DNA of 13,334 nucleotides from Candidatus Hydrogenedentota bacterium. Lineage in GTDB: Bacteria > Hydrogenedentota > Hydrogenedentia > Hydrogenedentales > GCA-2746185. Below the pieces are notes generated by a model. The model was not told the DNA's origin. It searched no databases and saw only the letters and a list, made by a program, of their open reading frames with translations. Below are positions 1-8,179 of the stretch, in pieces; the first letter of the stretch is position 1; each line of letters opens with the position of its first letter. The position numbers and the translations under genes are program-made. The stretch spans positions 1-13,334 of the forward strand of contig JAYGCN010000305.1 of the NCBI GenBank assembly GCA_046583315.1, given 5' to 3'.

Positions 1-2
1 TG

Positions 3-1667
3 GCCCGACACCACCTCGCCTCCGTACGCACCGAATCAAAACTCAAGATGGGCGTCGTCGGCTCAGCAGCCGTCCTCCTTTGGTACGGTATTCTCTCCAC
101 CTTCAGCTGGGCCTTCCACTGGCTACAACGCAGCGCCTTCGACGATGTCGTCAACGTGGGTGACACCGTCACCTTGGCCGAAGTGCTCATGGCCCGGCTC
201 CTCTCCGTATTTGCATTGGCCCTGTTTTTCATGCTCATTTTTTCCAACACCCTCATCGCCTTCTCCACACTCTACAAAGCCAAAGAGGTGCAATACCTCC
301 TACAGGCACCCTTGGCCATCCGAAACCTCTTCCTCGCGCGTTTCATCGAATGCGTTAGCTTCAGTTCCTGGGGCTCAGCCTACCTCGGCTCCCCGCTAAT
401 CCTCGCCTACGGAATGGCCACCGACGCCCACTGGCTCTACTACTTCGCCGCACTCGCTTTCTACCTCCCCTTCGTTATGATCCCCGCAGCAATCGGATGC
501 ATTATCACCCTCATCCTCGTCAGAATCTTTCCCAAATTGCCTCGCTTCGCATTGGTCGCATTGGCCGCCTTTGCCGTAATCGCACTCTTCATGAACCTCC
601 GCGCAGTCTTCAACGCCGAATCACTCGCCCAAGACACGATCGTCAGCTCCGTTCTCACCGCCACCACACAGACCCAGTCACCTTTGCTACCCAGTTACTG
701 GGCCTCCCAAGGTGTCCTGAGCGCCTCTCAAAACGATTTTCGCGCAACAGGATACTTTTTCCTCCTACTATTGTCGAACGCACTCATGATCACGTTCGTA
801 GCCGCCGAAGTAGCCCACCATTTATTCCGACCCGGCTTCAGCGCACTACTCGGCTCAGAATTCACAAAACCAAAACCCCTCGGAAAGGGCATTCTCGGAC
901 GACTCGACAGCATCTTCAAACCCCTGCGCCAACCCTACCGCGCGCTCGTCATCAAAGACATCAAACTCTTCTGGCGCGACCCCACACAATGGACCCAGTT
1001 CGTGATCTTCTTCGGCATCATGGCCATATACGTCGCCAACATCGGCGGCAGTTCCATCGACCATCAAAGCGAACGATACCGCTCCTGGATCGCCAGTCTT
1101 AATTCCGGCTCCTGCACACTGATTCTCGCATCCCTCACCAGTCGTTTCGTCTATCCGCTCATTTCCCTCGAAGGATTCCGTTTCTGGATACTCGGCCTCG
1201 CACCCATGACCAAAGAGCAGTTGCTCCGCCAAAAATACTGGCTTTCCATACTGACCACCACGCCCTTCACCCTCGGACTCACCATCGTCTCGTGTTACTT
1301 CCTCCGAGTCACACCGGTCCACTTCGCCGTATCCATCTACTCAATACTCCTCGCCAACTTTACGCTCGCAGGCCTCGCCGTCGGTCTCGGCACCATCTAC
1401 CCCAATTTTCAGGAAGACAACCCCGCACGCATCGTTTCGGGCATGGGGGGGACCCTCAATTTCCTGCTCAGCATCGCCTACATAACCCTGCTCATCGGCA
1501 GCCAGATGTTCATTCTCATGTGGTACGCCCAACGCGAACATTTCCAGCCCGAACTATTCTGGTACGCCCTGACCGGACTTCTGCTCTTCAATACCGCACT
1601 CAGCCTCTTCGTCGGAATCGTCCCCATGCGACTCGGACTGCGCAACCTGCTCAAGACCGAATTCTGA
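3..1667 (+). CDS. Putative ABC transporter permease subunit (ABC-2-like, multi-TM), probably 5'-truncated
   Basis: The frame is open from position 3 (ARHHLASVRTESKLK-MGVVG...), so the true start probably lies upstream of the window. About 12-14 hydrophobic segments fall in two halves. Motifs LVIKDIKLFWRDPTQWTQ and RFVYPLISLEGFRFWILGLAP are typical of this putative ABC exporter permease family. Confidence 0.8.
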   Translation, partial: ARHHLASVRTESKLKMGVVGSAAVLLWYGILSTFSWAFHWLQRSAFDDVVNVGDTVTLAEVLMARLLSVFALALFFMLIFSNTLIAFSTLYKAKEVQYLLQAPLAIRNLFLARFIECVSFSSWGSAYLGSPLILAYGMATDAHWLYYFAALAFYLPFVMIPAAIGCIITLILVRIFPKLPRFALVALAAFAVIALFMNLRAVFNAESLAQDTIVSSVLTATTQTQSPLLPSYWASQGVLSASQNDFRATGYFFLLLLSNALMITFVAAEVAHHLFRPGFSALLGSEFTKPKPLGKGILGRLDSIFKPLRQPYRALVIKDIKLFWRDPTQWTQFVIFFGIMAIYVANIGGSSIDHQSERYRSWIASLNSGSCTLILASLTSRFVYPLISLEGFRFWILGLAPMTKEQLLRQKYWLSILTTTPFTLGLTIVSCYFLRVTPVHFAVSIYSILLANFTLAGLAVGLGTIYPNFQEDNPARIVSGMGGTLNFLLSIAYITLLIGSQMFILMWYAQREHFQPELFWYALTGLLLFNTALSLFVGIVPMRLGLRNLLKTEF

Positions 1668-1736
1668 TCCCCTATTTGTAGTTCCCATCCCGCTCAGGCA
1701 TACTGTAGCCAAGAAGCCGAAGCGAGTACGTTTCCC

Positions 1737-2669
1737 ATGCCACATCAAAACCCATTGCTCCCCATTCTTCTCGCCCTCATCCTCACCACAACCGCCGTGC
1801 ATGCCGAAGAACTCATCTCCGAGGCCCTGCTCGCCGATATCCGCCAATCCAGTTTTGCCTACCACGAAAAATTGCGCAACTACGACTGCACCTACACCGA
1901 GATCCTGCGGTCCGATCAGCGCAACCTCAATCAGGAAAGCACTAAACGGCTAGTTGAAGATTCTCTCGGCCAAATCCGAATGGAAAGCGACATTCGTCAA
2001 TTGGATTCGGACGGTAATGTGACCGTCGCATCAAAAACCCTGTACATATACGATCTACGCAAAGAGATTCGCTGTCAATTCCCGCGTCCCGGTGACACCA
2101 AAACACCCCGCAACATCACCATAACGCGCCGCAGCACCATCGCCCGGATGATTCAACCCAAAAGCTTCTTCACCGCCAGTGGTCGACCCTTCTACGAACT
2201 GATCGACATACTTATCGCCACCAAAGTCCCCATCTATGGAAAAAACGCCAAACTCGACGATTACCCCGGCACGCTCGTTGAATTCTCCTACGACGAGATT
2301 CTCGGACCCGGTGATATCCTCCACCACGAATACCTGCTCAACATGGGCGAACACTTTTTCCCCATGCGGCAAGTGACGTTTTTCAACAAGAAACGCTTCC
2401 TCGTCCTGCAGCCCTCGCCCCAACTCGTCTATCCGGGAATCCTCTTTCCCATCGAAGGCACCAAAATCACCTACAACGTCGCCAGCGAAAAAAACGAACT
2501 CACCTCCATCACCAATATGAGCGTCAGCGCCATATCCATCAACACCGACATCCCCCCGAACACCTTCTCCTTCGACATCAATCTAGAAGACAACGTCACC
2601 GACTTGCGAACACCAGCAGAACCGACTCCAAAAGGTCCCGCACAACTCGAGAACGCGCCAATCGGTTGA
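1737..2669 (+). CDS. Secreted hypothetical protein (possibly LolA-like/lipoprotein-sorting-like beta fold)
   Basis: 310-aa ORF with a Sec signal peptide (LLPILLALILTTTAVHA|EE). C-ending codons match the upstream gene. Beta-rich body ends in SINTDIPPNTFSF, reminiscent of LolA-like C-termini. The fold assignment is inference. Confidence 0.65.
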   Translation: MPHQNPLLPILLALILTTTAVHAEELISEALLADIRQSSFAYHEKLRNYDCTYTEILRSDQRNLNQESTKRLVEDSLGQIRMESDIRQLDSDGNVTVASKTLYIYDLRKEIRCQFPRPGDTKTPRNITITRRSTIARMIQPKSFFTASGRPFYELIDILIATKVPIYGKNAKLDDYPGTLVEFSYDEILGPGDILHHEYLLNMGEHFFPMRQVTFFNKKRFLVLQPSPQLVYPGILFPIEGTKITYNVASEKNELTSITNMSVSAISINTDIPPNTFSFDINLEDNVTDLRTPAEPTPKGPAQLENAPIG

Positions 2670-2678
2670 CCAGAATTT

Positions 2679-4225
2679 TCAAACCGATTCCGCTTCTTTC
2701 TCAAGCTCTATCGTCGCAGAGGCGATCCAATCTCTAAGGTCTTTCATCCTTCCCACGAAAGTGTTCGAGGACAATCCCAGTTCCGCCCATCGAATCGTTT
2801 CCTCCCATTTCTCTTCACGAAAGGATACATCGGCTAACGCGTGATAGAGATCGCGACGCTCTGGATTAAGTTCGAGTACTTTTTCAAGATGTAGGCGGGC
2901 TACTTCTAATCGCCCCATTCTAGTTGGCCCCGCGCGTACACATAATTGACAAAGTCGGCATACGGCGCGATTGCAATAGCCTTGTCTAAGAGTTCTTTTG
3001 CATCCTCAGGGTTTCGAACGAACAAGCGCTCAGCTGTTTCCGCAATCTCAATCGAACGCGTTTCATTATACCCATACAGATCAGGCCACATTCCCCCTGC
3101 AGGGTAACGGTCACCAACACGTTCAAAATACTCCATTGCCTTCGCAGAATAGGGTGTATAAGCAAAGTAATAGGCCGTTTGACTAAGCAGACGAACGTCG
3201 TCAGGAGTCGCCTCCAATTGGAAAATAATCGCATTTGCCCACTTTTGAGTCCGTCTCACTTTACTCCACTTCGTCTCGGAAATTTCATCCGCAAGATGCA
3301 ATTGTTCATAACCCATACGCGCGACCAGCGCAAGCAATGGAAATTCATGCCCAGGTTGAATGGCCTTTTCGCACTCCCTGATCAACGGCAGAACCGTTTC
3401 CGCTGAACCTCCCCATTTCGGCAATTGATAAAAGACATAATCCTCCCACGCATCGTAATGATAGGGATTGATCGCGATTGCAGCATCGAAGTAACGCTTC
3501 ATGATACGCCTACTCTGGCTCGTCGCACCGGTCAAGCGTACCAGCGTCACCGCCGCTTCAGGATCCTTCGTCTCAAGCTCAAACGCCAGCTTCAAATCTT
3601 CCTCCGCCCGGCCCATATACTCATGAAAGCCCTCCCAGCCTTCACGCGTTACTCGATTGGAAAATCCCGTCCCCCTAAAATACCAAGCGTACGAAATAAA
3701 GAACTGGCCACGAATCAAGCGCGCCCAGTGTGAATCCGGCTTCGCGTCGACCCAATCATTCAACACCTGGATATTGGATTCACCATCATCCCTACAATAA
3801 AAGCCACCGATATAGCCTATGTGTCGTGAATATCGGTACTTTTTCAAATAGGTGTCTGCCGCATCAAACTCATCCCTCAGACGCGCTTCCAGCGCCTCGA
3901 AATCGCGATCACGAAACAATAACTCCCGCGTATCGTCATACAAATAAACCGTTTCATAACGCTCACTAAGGCCATGCACATCGGTCAGATTCTCCCTATC
4001 ATCCCACTCCGTGCATTGCCCTGCCCATTCATCAGGACCAAAGACCGCCTCGTCACTTTCCGCATACTCATAATCCGTCATGTTCCCAATCTCTTCCAGC
4101 ACCTCCGTGAACTCTTCGAAGGCCGGAGATTTCAATACAAAATAAACAAGCCCGCCAACTAGAATGCTACACGAAACAAACGTTGCCCCAAGCACAATCA
4201 AGACAATCTTCAGAGTTTTATTCAT
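2679..4225 (-). pseudogene. DUF4034-domain membrane-anchored protein with C-terminal TPRs, split by a 1-nt frameshift near 2918-2920 (pseudogene or sequencing error)
   Basis: ORF 2906..4225 has an N-terminal TM helix, DUF4034-type motifs (LNDWVDAKPDS..AWYFRGTG..LPKWGGS) and an RBS (AAGGA). It stops mid-TPR (YVYARGQLE-WGD*). The overlapping ORF 2679..2918 continues the TPR (MGRLEVARLHLEKVLELNP). Adding one A (GAATG to GAAATG) fuses them into 515 aa. Confidence 0.75.
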
Positions 4226-4351
4226 CGTTCATCCTTGAGTTCCTCAACGTAATATAGCGAGTTCACCGCAATGTCCACAGAAACCACACGAGCCGATTAC
4301 TCCGCAGGATACAACAAGTAGAATAATCTCCACACCACGGATGTCGGCGCA

Positions 4352-4387
4352 GAGAAAAGAAGGGCTGATGTGGAATCACGAGTCAGC
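4352..4387 (-). terminator. Weak candidate intrinsic terminator after the MATE gene
   Basis: Imperfect hairpin GCTGA..GTG-loop-CAC..TCAGC just after the MATE stop, followed on the minus strand by CCTTCTTTTCTCT. Confidence 0.25.
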
Positions 4388-4393
4388 AAAATA

Positions 4394-5800
4394 TTAATCT
4401 TGCGTGGACGCTACCAGGTCCACTTCCACCTCATTGGAGATTTCGATATCCGTCGGAACCGTATCCTCGCCCAAGCCCCGAACCGCGGTGAACACCCACC
4501 AGGCCGTGATTGATGTCGACACAAAATCCGCCATCGGAAACGACGCCCACAATCCCGTCAAGCCATAAAAACGAGGAACGATAAAAATCAGCGGCAACAA
4601 CACGATCACCTGTCGGGACAGGGTGATGACGAAAGCCGGTCGTGCCCGACCAAGCGCTTGAAAGAAGGCGCCGCCCACCATCTGAAAGCCCACGAAAGGC
4701 ACGCAGATAACGAATATCCGCATTACAGGGATGCCCTCCGCGATCAATTCCTGATCAGGACTGAATATGCGCAAAACGGTTCCCGTGAAAAACATCAGAA
4801 CAACGAAAGCCACGGTCGACATCGCCGTCGCATAACTCGAAGCCTTAAGCACCGTCTCCTTCACTCGCTGCAGATTCCCTGCACCATAATTGAAGCCAAT
4901 GATCGGCTGCAATCCCTGCGTCAAGCCAAAGATCGGCATGAAAAAGAACATCATACTTCGGTTCGCAACCCCCACAATCGCCAGATGAATGTCCGCACCA
5001 TAATGCACAATGAGTCCATTGATTGGAATCGCCATAAAACTGCCCACCGCCATCGAGAAAAACGACGCCGAACCAATCTTGAATACCTCCGGCAAATCCT
5101 TGAAATCAGGAATCAGATCGCGACGTCGGATTTTTAACAAGCTACGCCCACTCAGGAAGTACCACGATACAAAACTGAAGGTGCATACATTCGCGATAAC
5201 CGTCGCTACCGCCGCGCCTTTAATCCCCATGTCAAAGCCGAAGATAAACACCGGGTCCAGAACCCCATTCACCACCGCGCCCACGATCATGCTACTCATC
5301 GCCACGCGCGCCGCACCTTCCGAGCGAATAATATTGTTTGCGCAAATCGAAGTCGACAGAAACACATTCCCAATGAAGGTGATGGACAGATAATCCACCG
5401 CATACGGCATAATGCCTTCCGTGGCGCCAAAGGTGCTCAGTAACGGCCTCAGATACATCCATCCAAGCACTGTAATGCACAGGCTTATCACCGCGATCGT
5501 GACAAAGGCCGTGCCCGCCACGCGCCGCGCACGATCCGGATCACCCGCACCCAGACTGCGCGACACCACCGAAGCCGTGCCAATCCCGATAGCCATACCC
5601 ACCGCGACAACAATCATCTGTATCGGCCACGACACCGCCAACGCCGCCAGAGCCAATGTGCCCGCGCCATAGCCCACAAAAATCGTGTCCACCAGGTTAT
5701 ACAACGAATTCACGCACATCGCGATCATCGCCGGCATCGAATAACGAAGCAGCAACCGGCCAATCGAGTCATTACCCAATTCATTCATACGATCATTCAT
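4394..5800 (-). CDS. MATE family efflux transporter (MepA-like)
   Basis: About 12 TM segments. Motifs LGNDSIGRLLLRYSMPAMIAMCVNSLYNLVDTIFVG, NNIIRSEG, NGVLDPVFIFGFDMGIKGAAVATVIA, GLQPIIGFNYGAGN and FQALGRA..LSRQ. Likely start is ATG 5800 (or 5788) rather than 5833. Confidence 0.93.
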   Translation of the reverse strand: MNDRMNELGNDSIGRLLLRYSMPAMIAMCVNSLYNLVDTIFVGYGAGTLALAALAVSWPIQMIVVAVGMAIGIGTASVVSRSLGAGDPDRARRVAGTAFVTIAVISLCITVLGWMYLRPLLSTFGATEGIMPYAVDYLSITFIGNVFLSTSICANNIIRSEGAARVAMSSMIVGAVVNGVLDPVFIFGFDMGIKGAAVATVIANVCTFSFVSWYFLSGRSLLKIRRRDLIPDFKDLPEVFKIGSASFFSMAVGSFMAIPINGLIVHYGADIHLAIVGVANRSMMFFFMPIFGLTQGLQPIIGFNYGAGNLQRVKETVLKASSYATAMSTVAFVVLMFFTGTVLRIFSPDQELIAEGIPVMRIFVICVPFVGFQMVGGAFFQALGRARPAFVITLSRQVIVLLPLIFIVPRFYGLTGLWASFPMADFVSTSITAWWVFTAVRGLGEDTVPTDIEISNEVEVDLVASTQD

Positions 5801-5855
5801 GGAGAGTCCCAGGGAGAAAAAACAGGCCTGCAACCAACACGGTTACAGACCAATA

Positions 5856-5861
5856 ATTATA
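5856..5861 (-). promoter_or_regulatory. Candidate sigma70 -10 box (TATAAT) for the MATE gene
   Basis: Perfect TATAAT on the minus strand about 55 nt upstream of ATG 5800. No good -35 at 17-nt spacing. Confidence 0.4.
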
Positions 5862-5977
5862 CAGAAAACAGTCCCAACATGCAGAAATCAGAAGATCCTT
5901 AAATGGGGACCGTCACCCTTTTCCGCGCATTGACACCGTTCATATACGGTACAGTGTGGCAGGCAAACGGACACACG

Positions 5978-6050
5978 AGGTGAGTGGCGAGCGGGAATCT
6001 CACCCCCACGCTCTCTCAGAACCGGACGTGCACGTCTCCGCGCATCCGGC
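5978..6050 (-). mobile_element. Group II intron 3'-end remnant (domains V and VI only)
   Basis: Minus strand reads GCCGGATGCGCG-GAGA-CGTGC-AC-GTCCGGTTC. This is a canonical DV with a GNRA tetraloop, AC bulge and paired stems. It is followed by TGAGAGAGCGTGGGGGTGAGATTCCCGCTCGCC-A-CTCACCT, a degenerate DVI with a bulged A and AC end. No RT ORF or 5' GUGYG was seen. Confidence 0.85.
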
Positions 6051-6150
6051 AGTATCCAGGGCGGAAATCACCTATGACTCCTTCGCGTAGCTGATTTTTA
6101 TCAATAGTTAACACGTATAAATCGCTGCAATAAAGAACCTTACAACTCAT

Positions 6151-6245
6151 ACCATATTGTTTCCCATATCTCCATTTACCCGCTCCATTCTCCCAATCCT
6201 CCGTCACGTACCCATTGTTTCCCACCTCATCCCAGCGTGATACCA
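6151..6245 (-). repeat. Helically phased TGGG/TGG array (about 10-bp period)
   Basis: On the plus strand CCCA occurs at exactly 6211, 6221 and 6231, with NCCA at 6151, 6163, 6171, 6184, 6192 and 6242. ATTGTTTCCCA occurs twice (6156, 6214). Confidence 0.55.
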
Positions 6246-6373
6246 TCTACTGCACTGCCGCCGGACAAGGATCTGCAACAGGCTTGTCTGCTATATAGAG
6301 GGTAAGTCGGGTGAGTCGTGTAATGTGAGATGAAACGGAAATCGCAACGGTACACGTATTAGAGGATGGAAAT

Positions 6374-6826
6374 ATGAGTTACACAATCAAACGCGCTAAT
6401 AGCGACGACCTGGATGCGGTAGCCCATTTATTCGATGGATATCGTGTCTTTTATGAGCAAGCATCCGATATCGATCGCGCTCGCAACTTCATGGAGGAAC
6501 GCCTGCGTCTGGAGGATTCGGTCGTGTTTCTGGTCGTTGAGGACGACACCGGACGGGCCCTCGGATTCGTCCAACTCTATCCGCTCTTCAGTTCAGTGAG
6601 TACACAGCGATCCTGGTTGCTGAACGATCTCTTCGTCGCCGAGGCAGGTCGCAAACAAGGGGTGGGGGAGGCACTCATGCAACGCGCCGAAGATCATGCC
6701 CGCGAAACCGGGACAATAGGCCTAATCCTCAATACCGCGCACACCAACACCACCGCGCAGCGCCTATACGAGCGAATGGGGTATAAGCTCGACACCGTAT
6801 TCAGAACCTACCGCCGATTTTTCTGA
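6374..6826 (+). CDS. GNAT family N-acetyltransferase
   Basis: 150 aa with RBS GAGGA. GNAT motifs GFVQLYPLFSS, WLLNDLFVAEAGRKQGVGEALM (acetyl-CoA motif A) and NTTAQRLYERMGY. Confidence 0.93.
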   Translation: MSYTIKRANSDDLDAVAHLFDGYRVFYEQASDIDRARNFMEERLRLEDSVVFLVVEDDTGRALGFVQLYPLFSSVSTQRSWLLNDLFVAEAGRKQGVGEALMQRAEDHARETGTIGLILNTAHTNTTAQRLYERMGYKLDTVFRTYRRFF

Positions 6827-6833
6827 TTCCCGA

Positions 6834-7196
6834 CTATTCGCCCGTATGCAAAACCAATATCTCGCGCAGCGATGCCGGATCGATTTCCGGCAGAATCGTG
6901 TCCCTAATGCCCGCCCGCGCCAAATCCTGGGAGGATATCGAACGCTTCGTCATCATCAGAACCGGAAGTTCATCATCCACATCCGGGTCGCCCTGCAATG
7001 CGTCCGCAATCTCGAATCCATTAAACACGTTCATTTTCTCTCCGATAATAACCAGATCGGGAAATTCGCTGATCACCGTTTCCACCGCGTCGATGCTCTC
7101 ATACAGCGTGATGACATCGTAGCCGAGCCCCTCAATCGACGAAGCCATCACATCCACCACACCAATATCCTCACCCACCAACAATACCTTGGCCAT
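6834..7196 (-). CDS. Single-domain CheY-like receiver, atypical (pseudo-receiver)
   Basis: Receiver pattern KVLLV..GYDV..PDLVII..NGFEIA..PVLMMT..AG, with RBS GAGGGGG. The phospho-Asp position is Gly. Confidence 0.8.
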   Translation of the reverse strand: MAKVLLVGEDIGVVDVMASSIEGLGYDVITLYESIDAVETVISEFPDLVIIGEKMNVFNGFEIADALQGDPDVDDELPVLMMTKRSISSQDLARAGIRDTILPEIDPASLREILVLHTGE

Positions 7197-7240
7197 CGCG
7201 CATATCCCCCTCGCTATTCATCCACACTGGCATGCTATAC

Positions 7241-7287
7241 TTGACATATAAGAAAATATACACTTACACTTAACATGTCAAGTGTAA
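7241..7287. promoter_or_regulatory. Overlapping divergent sigma70 promoters with a 24-bp palindromic operator
   Basis: Plus strand: TTGACA(7241)-N18-TACACT(7265). Minus strand: TTGACA(7281-7276)-N17-TATTTT(7258-7253). Palindrome TTACACTTAACATGTCAAGTGTAA at 7264-7287 has one mismatched pair. Confidence 0.65.
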
Positions 7288-7324
7288 ACTCACTTCAACC
7301 TGGATCAATAGGAACTGAATACCC

Positions 7325-8089
7325 GTGAAATTCCGTATTACCCGATACTACACACTTCTTGTCACCTGCGTATTCTCTGCCATTTCCTTCGCGCAGGACG
7401 AAGTCGATCCCAAAGAGACACCGCCAGCCGAAAGTCTGAAATTCGAAGTACCTGCTGTTGATCCCTTGGAAAAAGCCCGTGGCAGAGGCGGGGACATCAT
7501 CATCATGCACTCCGGTGCCATCATGAGCGGCGTGCAGATTCTCAAGAGCACGCCCACTTCATATGACATCGAGGTTATTCCGGGGCGCAAACCGCTGACC
7601 ATTCCGAGACGCCAAGTAAAAAGAGTCGAATACGACGATATCGATCCCACCCGCGAGGCACGCCATCAAGCCAATCGCCCCAAACCGCAAGATGAAATCA
7701 TGACCGACGGAAAAGAACTTTCACCGGAACTTGTGGACGCGCTCATCAAACCAATTCCAGAGGCACCACTCACGTATACCAATCAGGACTACACGCTGAT
7801 TTTTGCCGATATTACCAAGAAGAGCGGCGTGACTATTGTCATCGACCCGTCGCTTAAAAGGCAACCACCGCAAGCGCGGTTATGGACGGTTGAAATTCCC
7901 GCGGAGACGAAACTGATGCACGTTTTGCAGAAGTTATGGCTCAAGAAGTTTGTGGACGGCAAGATAAGCTATGAGCTTGAGATGGTGATTTTGCACCAAA
8001 AGGATGTGGTCCCTACACCTGTACCCAAAGAAGGCGCACCGCCCACGACCCCGCCGGCACTCAATCTCAATCTGGGTAACCGCAATTAG
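7325..8089 (+). CDS. Secreted hypothetical protein with a C-terminal STN/secretin-N0-like domain
   Basis: GTG start with AGGA upstream; signal peptide LLVTCVFSAISFA|QD. A small beta domain (DIIIMHSGAIMSG..IPRRQVKRVEY) precedes an STN-like pattern (LTYTNQDYTLIFADITKKSGVTIVIDPSL) and a Pro-rich tail. Confidence 0.65.
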   Translation: MKFRITRYYTLLVTCVFSAISFAQDEVDPKETPPAESLKFEVPAVDPLEKARGRGGDIIIMHSGAIMSGVQILKSTPTSYDIEVIPGRKPLTIPRRQVKRVEYDDIDPTREARHQANRPKPQDEIMTDGKELSPELVDALIKPIPEAPLTYTNQDYTLIFADITKKSGVTIVIDPSLKRQPPQARLWTVEIPAETKLMHVLQKLWLKKFVDGKISYELEMVILHQKDVVPTPVPKEGAPPTTPPALNLNLGNRN

Positions 8090-8179
8090 TCACCGCGCAT
8101 GCGTAAACGATTCGCGTTATGCTTTTGGATCTTCGGAACGGTCTGTTAGCGAAAATCCGCCCAGATCGATATTGTTCAC

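Noticed and set aside
145..5856. Short overlapping ORFs within the permease, secreted protein, DUF4034 and MATE genes
   Set aside because: Antisense or alternative-frame shadows with no family motifs.
5930..5955. Plus-strand sigma70 promoter TTGACA..TACAGT
   Set aside because: The spacer is only 14 nt.
6016..6246. 76-aa minus-strand ORF as an intron-encoded protein remnant
   Set aside because: No RT, maturase or HNH motifs. Its W/G periodicity derives from the TGGG array.
7239..7283. dif (XerCD) site, suggested by ACTTGACATAT resembling a XerD arm
   Set aside because: No plausible XerC arm at 6-bp spacing. The skew polarity is origin-like rather than terminus-like, and the -35 boxes explain the motif.
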